This document shows, piece after piece, positions 29,525 to 38,265 of a stretch of DNA of 64,000 bases (its first letter is position 1; every line of letters begins with the position of its first letter). The notes below the pieces were generated by a model. The model ran no database searches. It had not been told where the DNA came from and saw only the letters and a program-made list of their open reading frames with translations. The DNA is taken from positions 1-64,000 of the forward strand of contig CAXVYR010000004.1 in the NCBI GenBank assembly GCA_963666975.2. Direction: 5' to 3'. Both the position numbers and the translations under genes were made by a program. The stretch comes from Terriglobia bacterium (GTDB lineage: Bacteria; Acidobacteriota; Terriglobia; 2-12-FULL-54-10).

Positions 29525-30349
29525 CTAACAGCCCTTCCGCAAAAACAACAGCCGCGCGACCGCCATCAGCACCAGCACACCCCCGAAGGTGCAGACCATT
29601 GTGGCGCCGGTCGGCAGATCCAGTCTTAAGGAAAGATAGACGCCGAGAGCGGAAACCAGCGTCCCCATGCCCCAGCCAACCGCCAGCCGCCGCCCGGTGG
29701 TTTCCGCAAAGAGGATGCCTCCCACCGACGGCACAATCAGATAACAGAAAACCAGCAGAACTCCGGCAATCGCTACAGCCGAGGTCACCACGACCCCGAA
29801 GGAGGCGTAGAAGAGGAAATCCCACCAGCGGAGCGACAAGCCTTGGGCTTCGGCTTCTTCCGGGTTGGCCGAAATCAACAGGAACTTCCGGCGAAAGAGA
29901 TAATGAAATGCTCCCACGGCGGCACACAGGATGGCGGTGGTGCCCACCTCGCGCCATGAGACCACCAGGATGTTGCCGACCAGCATGTCCTTCAAGTGCT
30001 CCGTTTCCCCAACGGCCTTGCTCATGGCCAGGATGGCGGCGGCGGAGGCCACGGCGTAGGTGATCCCGATGATGGCTTCCTGGGGGATGCGGCTGTCCCG
30101 GCTTCGAACCAGGGAAAAGAAAGCGGCTCCCAGGAGAGTGAAGACCAGGCTGATCCAGTATGCCTCTGCCCCATGCAGATCCACCCCGAGCAGCACGGCC
30201 ATGCTGGCCCCCAGAGCGGCGATCTGGGCCAAAGCCAGGTCCACAAAAATTACTCCCCGCTCCACCACATGAAGTCCCAGGTATGTATGAATTCCTACCA
30301 GGATGAGGCTGGCTACCAGCGGCGGCGCCAGAAAAATGAGTACGTCCAT
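29525..30349 (-). CDS. Zn/Mn-type metal ABC transporter permease (ZnuB/ABC-3-like)
   Basis: Multiple TM helices, GLHVVERGVIFVDLALAQ, EAIIGI.Y, GVLLVFCYLIVP and DLPTGA. Confidence 0.88.
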   Translation of the reverse strand: MDVLIFLAPPLVASLILVGIHTYLGLHVVERGVIFVDLALAQIAALGASMAVLLGVDLHGAEAYWISLVFTLLGAAFFSLVRSRDSRIPQEAIIGITYAVASAAAILAMSKAVGETEHLKDMLVGNILVVSWREVGTTAILCAAVGAFHYLFRRKFLLISANPEEAEAQGLSLRWWDFLFYASFGVVVTSAVAIAGVLLVFCYLIVPSVGGILFAETTGRRLAVGWGMGTLVSALGVYLSLRLDLPTGATMVCTFGGVLVLMAVARLLFLRKGC

Positions 30350-30399
30350 AATTCACTCCTGCTTCGATTCGCTCCCGGCTTCAAATCGTTCCTGCTTCC

Positions 30400-31341
30400 C
30401 TACTGCTGCCGGGCTAATGACTCCGTCAGAAGCCGAATGTTGTAGTCAAACAGTTGAAAGTAATTCGTCACTTCCGGTACGCCGCCCACCGAGGGCAGCA
30501 ACACCAAAACCTCGGCTCCCGTTTGGCGTGCAATGGCCTGCGGAGTTTTCAAGTCAAAATAAGGCTCCACGATGACCGCCTTGATGCCGTCCTGCCGCAT
30601 CTGGCGGATCAGCTCCAAAATGTGCCCTGGACTGGGCGGAATCCCCGGCTTGGGCTCGACATACCCGGCGACATGCAAGCCAAAGCGCTGCATAAAACTG
30701 GGCCAGGAGTTATGGTAGGTGACGACCTCGGTTCCCTGGAGCACAGCCATCTGCTGCTCCCATCTTTTTTCGGCCTCCTCCAACCTGCGGTCAAAATCCT
30801 CGTAGCGTTGTTGGAAATAAGCCGCGTCCTCCCGTTGCAGTTCCGTGAGCCTTTCCTGAACGGCCTTCGCGATCAGGCGTCCGTTCCGGGGATCCAGCCA
30901 ATAGTGAGGGTTGCCCAGCGGGTGAACATCCCCCATAGCGCGGGTTACCGGGCCGCTTAGCTTTTGCAAGATCACGGCCGATCGGGAAACATCCAGGTAG
31001 CCGGGAGCGCCCACTTGAATGCGGCGATTGCGGCTCCGAGTAATCAAGGGAGGCAGCCAGCCAATCTCCAATTGCAACCCCACCAGGACCAGCAAATCGG
31101 CGCGGTTCAGCTTCAGCAGGAAACTGGGCTTGGCCTCGACGAAGTGCGGGTCCTGGTAGCCGCGAGCCATGGCCTCTACCTTCACGCGGTCGCCCCCCAC
31201 TTCACGGACCAGGGCGCTCAGGTCCTGGGTGGTGGTCATGACGTTCAGGGTTTGGGCCTTGGACGGAACGGGAGCGGTCACCAGCAGCAATAGAAGAATT
31301 GTCACTCCTGCCGGCGCCCAACGCGGCGATTTTTTTACCAT
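30400..31341 (-). CDS. Zn/Mn-type ABC substrate-binding protein (ZnuA/TroA-like)
   Basis: GGAGGA then ATG at 31341. Signal peptide, DPHF, GDVHPLGNPHYWLDP, VTYH and EPKPGIPPSP.H. Confidence 0.92.
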   Translation of the reverse strand: MVKKSPRWAPAGVTILLLLLVTAPVPSKAQTLNVMTTTQDLSALVREVGGDRVKVEAMARGYQDPHFVEAKPSFLLKLNRADLLVLVGLQLEIGWLPPLITRSRNRRIQVGAPGYLDVSRSAVILQKLSGPVTRAMGDVHPLGNPHYWLDPRNGRLIAKAVQERLTELQREDAAYFQQRYEDFDRRLEEAEKRWEQQMAVLQGTEVVTYHNSWPSFMQRFGLHVAGYVEPKPGIPPSPGHILELIRQMRQDGIKAVIVEPYFDLKTPQAIARQTGAEVLVLLPSVGGVPEVTNYFQLFDYNIRLLTESLARQQ

Positions 31342-31402
31342 AGCTCCTCCCTTTACAAGACGGCTCAAAAAAGAAAACAGTTGCTTGCGCATCTCGATCC
31401 TC

Positions 31403-32713
31403 CTAGAAAGGATGGGCGCCGTGCGCGCCCAGCGAAAACAGGAACTGAAAGAGAAACTCATGGGCGGTGAAACCTTCCGCATAACGTGTGCGGCGGAGCT
31501 GTCCCCGAATCTGGCTGAACTCGCTTGGCCGGTAACTGAGCAGCAGCGACCCGCCGCTGTCGTGTTCTCGCGCCTCACGAGCGCGCTCCGACCAGTCGAA
31601 ACGCCCCCCGGCAGACCACCGGCGCGCGAACTGATATTCCGCAGAAGCAAAGAAGCCCAAGGCGCGCTGAGTAGCCGCTACTTCTTGCCGGCGGCTCCAG
31701 GCCACCTCCGCCCGCGCCAGGAAAGAACGGTAGATGGCCCTGCGCAACGGCCTCCAGCGCAGGGTGGCGTCCGCGCCGAAAAGCCGGGTGATAAAATCAG
31801 TTCCCTGGTCGTTGTGTCCGCGCGCGTAGGAGCCGCCCACTTCCAGATTGGTGGACTCGGTCAAGTCCCGGTAAGCCCTCAGCCGACCGACGGCGCTGAG
31901 GTCGCTGCGGCGGTTTGCTTGAAACAGCGTGCCGGAATCGCCGCGGTACATCTCCGCCGTGACTTCCCAGAAGGTTTCTCCCGGCACCGGCAGAATGCGG
32001 CTCACCGAAAAGCCCGCGTCCTTGATGCCTGCGTCCGCCTCCTCCGGGTCGCCTCCCAGCAGGTTGAAAGCTGCCAAGGGCCGGTCAATCCAGGGAAGTG
32101 AATGGTTGTGCAGAGCATTCACCTTTCCAAAGCCTGCCCTCATCCTGCCGGCCTTGAGAAGAAAGCCTCCGGGCAGGGCCGGGAAAGTGATATAACCCTC
32201 CTCCACCTCTACTCCTTCCTCGCCGAGCGCAACGAAGAAGTCGGCTCGGGCGTAGGGGTCGACGATAGCCTGGAGGCTGATCTCGCTCTCGGCCAGCGAC
32301 AAGGCCGCCGACGGATCAACCCGGTTGTGTCCCGACGCTCCGGTAAAGTTGCCGATCACGCCGATGTCCGGGTTGAGTATCTTGGTTTGGGAAGCGGCTC
32401 CTCCGTAGACCGGCAAGGGAGCGGACGGGGCCTGCAAATTTCCCGGCGATGCCGCCGGACTAGCCGGCTGGGCCGCAGAAGCAGTCGTCGCTGGAGCGGG
32501 AACCTCTGGTGTGGAGACAGAAGTCGCAGACAAGACCGCGTGGAGCAACTCGACTTCCGCTTCGAGGGCATGGATACGCTCCTCCATGGCCCGGAAGCGG
32601 GCTGCCAGATCATCTGCTGCGGCATCCACTCCTTGCGCCTCCACCTTCTGTACACAAAGAGCAGTAGAAACAAAACAAAGCAAGCAAACATACACAGCGA
32701 GGGTCTTCAGCAT
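31403..32713 (-). CDS. outer-membrane beta-barrel (porin-like) protein linked to metal uptake
   Basis: Signal peptide, short coiled coil, NPDIGVIGNF, VDPYARAD, EEGYITF, amphipathic strands and C-terminal LGAHGAHPF. Confidence 0.75.
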   Translation of the reverse strand: MLKTLAVYVCLLCFVSTALCVQKVEAQGVDAAADDLAARFRAMEERIHALEAEVELLHAVLSATSVSTPEVPAPATTASAAQPASPAASPGNLQAPSAPLPVYGGAASQTKILNPDIGVIGNFTGASGHNRVDPSAALSLAESEISLQAIVDPYARADFFVALGEEGVEVEEGYITFPALPGGFLLKAGRMRAGFGKVNALHNHSLPWIDRPLAAFNLLGGDPEEADAGIKDAGFSVSRILPVPGETFWEVTAEMYRGDSGTLFQANRRSDLSAVGRLRAYRDLTESTNLEVGGSYARGHNDQGTDFITRLFGADATLRWRPLRRAIYRSFLARAEVAWSRRQEVAATQRALGFFASAEYQFARRWSAGGRFDWSERAREAREHDSGGSLLLSYRPSEFSQIRGQLRRTRYAEGFTAHEFLFQFLFSLGAHGAHPF

Positions 32714-32763
32714 GTTTCCCCCTCCATAATGAAATTCAATGGCTGCGCACTGTGCCGCGACAA

Positions 32764-32856
32764 CAACTTTTTCAACAACTTTGTCGCGATCACAACTTTG
32801 TCGCGCAACTTTGTCGCGATCACAACTTTGTCGCGATCACAACTTTGTCATGACAA
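32764..32856. repeat. 17-bp tandem repeat array in the operon leader
   Basis: CAACTTTGTCGCGATCA: three full copies plus three partial or variant units, with no unique spacers. Confidence 0.9.
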
Positions 32857-32933
32857 CAGCAGGCAGCCGGACTGCCTCGCAAAGTGCGGAACAGGATTTC
32901 ACCAGTAACGAGTCAATTGGAAAACGGATTCGT

Positions 32934-33311
32934 TTAGACGGAAGGAGGCGCGCGGATAAGACGGGCGGCCAGTGCAGTCTGCACAGTGGCCGTAGCGGGA
33001 ACTCGCTCAGTCATTTTGAGTGAGCCCCGTGGAGCCGTAAAAAGGGCACTGCTCAGGAAAGCGGGAAAATGGTGGTGATGGGATGAGGCGCAGCCATGGC
33101 CCGGTATTTTGCAATCGGAATGGCTGTCTGGCGCGCCGGTGCCGCCCTCCTCAGAGAGAGCGCCGATCGAGATGCTGGAATCGTGGACCGGATGAGGAGT
33201 CGCCACCAAGTGCAACCCCATATCCCAGACAAACAACAGCAGCAGCAGCGTAGCCAGACGCTGCCGGAAGAGCTTCGACCTGTTGGCCAACTGAAGGAAA
33301 CTTTGCATCAT
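32934..33311 (-). CDS. His/Cys-rich membrane-anchored upstream ORF with C-terminal RAPP arrest motif (DUF2946/CruR-like architecture)
   Basis: Basic N-terminus, TM LATLLLLLFVWDMGLHLV, then HSDCKIPGHGCASSHHHH, ending LIRAPPSV-stop. It is co-oriented upstream of the metal uptake genes. Confidence 0.75.
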   Translation of the reverse strand: MMQSFLQLANRSKLFRQRLATLLLLLFVWDMGLHLVATPHPVHDSSISIGALSEEGGTGAPDSHSDCKIPGHGCASSHHHHFPAFLSSALFTAPRGSLKMTERVPATATVQTALAARLIRAPPSV

Positions 33312-33312
33312 T

Positions 33313-33382
33313 GTTCAGTATCAGCGGTTCAGTATCACAGGTTCCGTATCAGCAGTTCAGTATCAGCGGTTCAGTTTCAGGA
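33313..33382. repeat. 5 x 14-bp tandem repeat abutting the uORF start codon
   Basis: GTTCAGTATCAGCG, GTTCAGTATCACAG, GTTCCGTATCAGCA, GTTCAGTATCAGCG and GTTCAGTTTCAGGA. Confidence 0.9.
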
Positions 33383-33436
33383 ACCAGCTTCAATGACTAG
33401 TTTGAATGTAACAAGCCTCCTGGTTCCGGTCAAGGC

Positions 33437-35419
33437 TTACAACGCCCGCACAATCTCCTCCACGGCCAGAGGGTTTTCGAGAGCGGAGAGGTCGCCCGTT
33501 TCCTCTCCCAGGTAGGCGGCGCGGACGACGCGGCGCATGAGCTTGGCGTTGCGCGTCTTGGGCAGGTCGCCGACAAACTTCACCGTGCGGGGCTTCAGCG
33601 GCTTGCCTAGAGCTTGCGCCACGCACTCCCGCAGTTCTTCCCGCAGTTCATCTCGCCTCAGTTCGTCCCGCAGCGCTTCATCGCCCGCGCGGCCCGGCCT
33701 CAACACACAGAAACACGCCAGCTCCTGCCCCTTGACCGGGTCGGGAACTCCCACGCATGCCGCCTCGGCCACCGCTTCATGCCCCACCAGGACCGATTCC
33801 ACCTCGGCCGGGCCCAGGCGCTTGCCCGCCACCTTGATGGTGTCATCCGAGCGCCCCAGGATGTACCACATCCCGTCGCCGTCCACCGCCGCCCAGTCGC
33901 CATGCGTCCACAGACCAGGGAATCGCTCCCAATAGGTTTCCCGGTACCGCTCCGTGTCCTTCCAGAAGCCGCGCGTCATCCCGATCCAGGGACGGCGGAT
34001 CACCAGCTCGCCCACATGCCCTCGAACGGGCCGCCCGTTTTCGTCCACCACGTCGGCGGCCATGCCAGGCACAGGTCCGGAGAATGCCGTGGGCTTGAGC
34101 GGCAGCAGCAGGTTTCCTCCCAGGATGCCTCCTGAGATTTCCGTCCCGCCTGAGTAGTTGATGATGGGAAGCCGCCCGCCGCCGACCGTCTGAAAGAACC
34201 AGTTCCAGGGGTCTGGATTCCATGGCTCGCCCGTGGAGCCGAGAATCCGTAGCGAAGACAACTCGTGCTGCCTGACCGGCTCTTCGCCGTGCTGCATCAA
34301 GGAGCGCACCAAGGTGGGAGAGATTCCCAAAACCGAAACGCGGTGCCGCGCGACGAGGCTCCACAAACGGTCCGGGGCCGGGTAGTCCGGAGCGCCATCG
34401 TAGAGCAACAAGGTAGCCCCCAGCAACGTGCCGCCATAAACCAGCCATGGGCCCATCATCCAGCCCATATCGGTCAGCCAGTAAACCGTGTCTTCCCCGT
34501 GAACGTCCATGCAGTGGGCCATGTCTTGCGCCGCCTTGATGGGAAACCCGCAGTGAGTGTGCACCGCGCCTTTGGGCTCACCCGTGGTGCCTGAGGTGTA
34601 GATGAGCATCAGGGGATCTTCCGCGTCGGTAGTTTCGGTTGCACTCGGAGAGGACTCCGAAGAGATCAGATCGTGCCACCAATGGTCCCGTCCGTTTGTC
34701 CATGCTATTTTCATTCCGGTGCGACGGAGGACGATCAGGTGTTCGAGCGAGGGGGTAAGCGCGGCTGCCTGGTCGGCCACTTCCTTCATTGCAACCGTGT
34801 GGCCGCGCCGGTAGAAACCATCGGCGGTGAATAACGCCCTGGCCCCGGCGGAGGTCAGGCGCGAAGCAACCGCCTTGGCGCCGTAGCCGGAAAACAACGG
34901 CAAAAAGATAGCCCCGATCTTAGCGATGGCGAACAGAGCGATCACGATCTCCGGCGTCATGGGCATGAAGACGCCGATCACATCGCCCTTTTTCAACCCC
35001 AGTTGCCGCAGCGCCCCGGCCATTCGGCTGACTTCCCCGCAGAGCGCCCCGTAGGTCAGCGTGCGCTCGCCGCCCTCTTCACCCTCCCAGCGGATCGCAA
35101 TGCGGTCCTCGACTGGCGTGCCCATCCACTTGTCCAGGCAGTTGTCCACAATGTTCATGCGGCCGCCTATGCACCATCGCGCCCAGGGCTCGCCCTGCGA
35201 TGTGTCCAGGATTTTTCGGTAAGGCGTGGAGAAACGGATGCCGAGGTCCTGAATCACCGCCTCCCAGAACCATTCGATGTCTTCCGTTGACCGCCGCATG
35301 AGTTCTTCAAACGAGGCGATGTTGTGCGCCTTCATGAAGGCGGCCAGCCGGCTGCGCCCCGCCTGCTCCGGCGTAGGCCGCCAGACAATTTCTCCTCCGA
35401 AGTCCACTTGTGGCTCCAT
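33437..35419 (-). CDS. acetyl-CoA synthetase-like AMP-dependent acyl-CoA ligase
   Basis: LIYTSGTTGEPKG, ILGRSDDTIKVAGKRLG.AEVES and LPKTRNAKLMRR. Confidence 0.92.
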   Translation of the reverse strand: MEPQVDFGGEIVWRPTPEQAGRSRLAAFMKAHNIASFEELMRRSTEDIEWFWEAVIQDLGIRFSTPYRKILDTSQGEPWARWCIGGRMNIVDNCLDKWMGTPVEDRIAIRWEGEEGGERTLTYGALCGEVSRMAGALRQLGLKKGDVIGVFMPMTPEIVIALFAIAKIGAIFLPLFSGYGAKAVASRLTSAGARALFTADGFYRRGHTVAMKEVADQAAALTPSLEHLIVLRRTGMKIAWTNGRDHWWHDLISSESSPSATETTDAEDPLMLIYTSGTTGEPKGAVHTHCGFPIKAAQDMAHCMDVHGEDTVYWLTDMGWMMGPWLVYGGTLLGATLLLYDGAPDYPAPDRLWSLVARHRVSVLGISPTLVRSLMQHGEEPVRQHELSSLRILGSTGEPWNPDPWNWFFQTVGGGRLPIINYSGGTEISGGILGGNLLLPLKPTAFSGPVPGMAADVVDENGRPVRGHVGELVIRRPWIGMTRGFWKDTERYRETYWERFPGLWTHGDWAAVDGDGMWYILGRSDDTIKVAGKRLGPAEVESVLVGHEAVAEAACVGVPDPVKGQELACFCVLRPGRAGDEALRDELRRDELREELRECVAQALGKPLKPRTVKFVGDLPKTRNAKLMRRVVRAAYLGEETGDLSALENPLAVEEIVRAL

Positions 35420-35683
35420 CTTGACACACTCCCCGCCTCTATCTTACTCGTAACTGGTCTTTAGCTTACTGGAAATACTGGTTGCGAATCGGCTTCCGCT
35501 GAATATGATTACTTTATAGATCATAACCTGTATCGCAAACATGAAATTCTGTTACGACCAAGAACTAGGTTTCTCCGAATGTAGCGCAAGAACTTACATC
35601 GGCTCGGAAGACACCGTTTTCGGCACATTGAGTTCCTAAGCCTCTACCAGTACAATTTCATCCATAACTACGTTGCTTAGCAG

Positions 35684-36688
35684 TTGATGAAATGCCACCG
35701 AAGGAACCTAGATATGCCGATCCCGAATGATGTTATCTTCGCCTGCCTCGCGCTGGATGGGCCATTTTTGGTCCACGGCGCGGGTGACGTGATTGTGTCC
35801 AATCCCGTATCTGTCCACCGGGCTGTACCCGTCCAACTCGACAACACTTGGCTTGATTGGCTTGGAAGTGTCCTAGTTGGGCAGTTGCAGCAGTGCCAAT
35901 TTGCTGTGCTTTCAACACAGCCATACACTGCCAGAAACCAAGGCAGGGCTGAGGAGGAACGCCGGGATATCCTGTATAAATTTCACTATGGGCTCCTCCT
36001 GCAAGGCATGGCGTACAGCCACGGCGGATTAGTGATAACTGGAGCCACGCCAAACGGTCAACTTGCTGTAGAGTCTGTATCTATCCCTCCGCCGCACCCG
36101 TTCCTAGACTACAGGCGAGCAGGGCAAATTTCTCGTGCGATCATAGATCGAGCGTCGGCACTCGTACCTATAATCAGAGGGATGTACGGTCGCCCACACC
36201 GATACATACGATTGAGGCGCGGACTCGTAGCGTGGTTACAAGGAATTCACTCTCTCAGCGCAGACGATAGACTTCATAATTTCATCCGGGCTATCGAAGC
36301 AATTACGAAGCCCGACAGGTACCGAATAACACGTACCTTTGTTGACCGTGCACAACTCTTTATTGGCCCAGGAGCCCGTAAAGAGTCCCTTCTGTTTCAG
36401 CTTTATAACCTTCGCAGTTGTATTGAGCACGTCAAGACATGGCGCAAGGAATTGCGTGTACCCCGCCCCCTTCTCCGAAACCAAGCCTTTGGACTACGCG
36501 CCTTTCAGGCAGAGGTTATTGCAAGCTCTATTTATATACGGATTTTTGAAAGACCAGACTTAATGCTCGCGCTGGCAACAGAGGCACAGTTCAATCGCTT
36601 TTGGAAAAGACCGTCATCTGAACGGGAGCTTTTATGGGGACCGCCCATTGACTTACGACGGGAACAAGCGCAGTGCTTTATTCCTTGA
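35684..36688 (+). CDS. hypothetical protein with putative ApeA-like HEPN domain
   Basis: 334 aa. RL..FIRAIEAI followed about 35 aa later by LYNLRSCIEH (Rx4H). It is visibly more AT-rich than its neighbours. Confidence 0.6.
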   Translation: MMKCHRRNLDMPIPNDVIFACLALDGPFLVHGAGDVIVSNPVSVHRAVPVQLDNTWLDWLGSVLVGQLQQCQFAVLSTQPYTARNQGRAEEERRDILYKFHYGLLLQGMAYSHGGLVITGATPNGQLAVESVSIPPPHPFLDYRRAGQISRAIIDRASALVPIIRGMYGRPHRYIRLRRGLVAWLQGIHSLSADDRLHNFIRAIEAITKPDRYRITRTFVDRAQLFIGPGARKESLLFQLYNLRSCIEHVKTWRKELRVPRPLLRNQAFGLRAFQAEVIASSIYIRIFERPDLMLALATEAQFNRFWKRPSSERELLWGPPIDLRREQAQCFIP

Positions 36689-36875
36689 ACACACGGGCCA
36701 TATAGTATGTCCCGCCGTTAAGAGACGAGAGCCCGAACGACGTAAACTGAATGGCACCGCCAGCTTTTGGTATGATTTCTGCGCCTGTGTGAAAACTACG
36801 GTGAAGGCAAAGCAATCTGAGCCGAGCGCGTTAGCAAGCGGTCAGACATAGCCCGGAATTTACCGTGAGGTTTTG

Positions 36876-36902
36876 ACCGCTCCATTACTGTCGCGGCTCG
36901 GA
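36876..36902. repeat. REP-like repeat
   Basis: ACCGCTCCATTACTGTCGCGGCTCGGA just after the ftsZ stop. Confidence 0.7.
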
Positions 36903-36923
36903 ATCGGGTTGGTAGGACCTGCT

Positions 36924-38096
36924 TTACCGGCTGCGCCCTTCGTTCCGGCGGCGCAAAAAGGCGGGCACGTCGAGGTCTTGTTTCTCAAAGGAACCGGTTA
37001 AAACGCCGGGCGCGTTGGGAGACGAAGAAGCATTCCAGCCTCGGGAAGGCCCGTCCGAAGCCGCGCCAGCGGCCGCCGCACTGGCTTTCCGGCTGGCCCC
37101 TACCGTCTCGGGCTTGAAGCCGGTGGCGATCACGGTGATCTTGACTTGGTCCTTCATATTTTCATCCATCACCGCGCCAAACAGGATGTTGGCATCTTCG
37201 TGCGCCGCCTGCTGGATCAGCATGGAGGCCCCTTGCACCTCTTGCAGACGCAGGTTGCTGGAGCCGGTGATGTTGATCAGCACTCCGCGCGCGCCGTCAA
37301 TAGAAGCGTCCTCCAGCAAGGGGCTGGCGATGGCTTTGCTGGCGGCCTCCTGAGCGCGGTTGGTGCCGCTGCCTACGGCCGTCCCCATCACCGCGTAACC
37401 CATCCCTTGCATGACGGTTTTCACATCGGCGAAGTCGCGGTTGATGATTCCCGGAATGGTGATGATGTCGCTGATGCCCTGGACCGCCTGGCGCAAGATG
37501 TCATCGGCCAGGCGAAACGATTCGAAAAAGCCCGTGTCCTCGCCCATTTGCAGGAGGCGGTCATTGGGGATTGTGATCACGGTGTCCACGCTCTCGGCCA
37601 AGTCCGTCAGGCCTTGCTCGGCCTGCCGCGTCCGCCGCTTCCCCTCGAAGCTGAACGGCGTTGTGACCACGGCAACCGTCAGGGCGCCCAATTCATTGGC
37701 GAGGCTGGCGACAATGGGCGCGGCCCCGGTGCCGGTGCCTCCGCCCAGGCCCGCCGTCACGAAAACCATGTCGGCCCCTTCCAGCATTTCGATCAGCTTG
37801 TCGGTGTCCTCCAGGGCGGCTTTGCGCCCCAGTTCCGGATCGGCTCCCGCGCCGAGTCCCTTGGTGAGCTTGGCGCCGATTTGGATTTTGACGGGAGCTT
37901 GGGAAAGCTTCAAAGCTTGGAGGTCGGTGTTGGCCACCAGGAACTCGACGCCTTCCAGCCGCGCGTCGATCATGCGGTTGACGGCGTTGCTGCCGCCCCC
38001 GCCCACGCCAAGCACTTTGATCTTGGCCCCATTTTGCAGGCCTTCTTGAAACGAAAAGCGGATGGAATCTTCCACGGTTGCTTTCTCCGATTGCAT
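36924..38096 (-). CDS. ftsZ: cell division protein FtsZ
   Basis: [17 protein letters not shown] tubulin signature and C-terminal LDVPAFLR. Confidence 0.99.
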   Translation of the reverse strand: MQSEKATVEDSIRFSFQEGLQNGAKIKVLGVGGGGSNAVNRMIDARLEGVEFLVANTDLQALKLSQAPVKIQIGAKLTKGLGAGADPELGRKAALEDTDKLIEMLEGADMVFVTAGLGGGTGTGAAPIVASLANELGALTVAVVTTPFSFEGKRRTRQAEQGLTDLAESVDTVITIPNDRLLQMGEDTGFFESFRLADDILRQAVQGISDIITIPGIINRDFADVKTVMQGMGYAVMGTAVGSGTNRAQEAASKAIASPLLEDASIDGARGVLINITGSSNLRLQEVQGASMLIQQAAHEDANILFGAVMDENMKDQVKITVIATGFKPETVGASRKASAAAAGAASDGPSRGWNASSSPNAPGVLTGSFEKQDLDVPAFLRRRNEGRSR

Positions 38097-38265
38097 GGCG
38101 CCTTCCTCCGTAGAGAAATCGTTCTTTTCAGGCTACGACACGCTCCATGCCACAATACGATAAAGATGCGGCCAGCGGCAGACTATTTCCGCCGCCGAAC
38201 CATTTTGTTTCTTATCGGACACTCTCCGGGTTTTCCGGCAGGCGCGAACCGGCAAAACGCCTTTC

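Noticed and set aside
32764-33382. Repeat arrays as CRISPR
   Set aside because: The units are 14-17 bp, directly tandem and without unique spacers, and there are no cas genes in the window.
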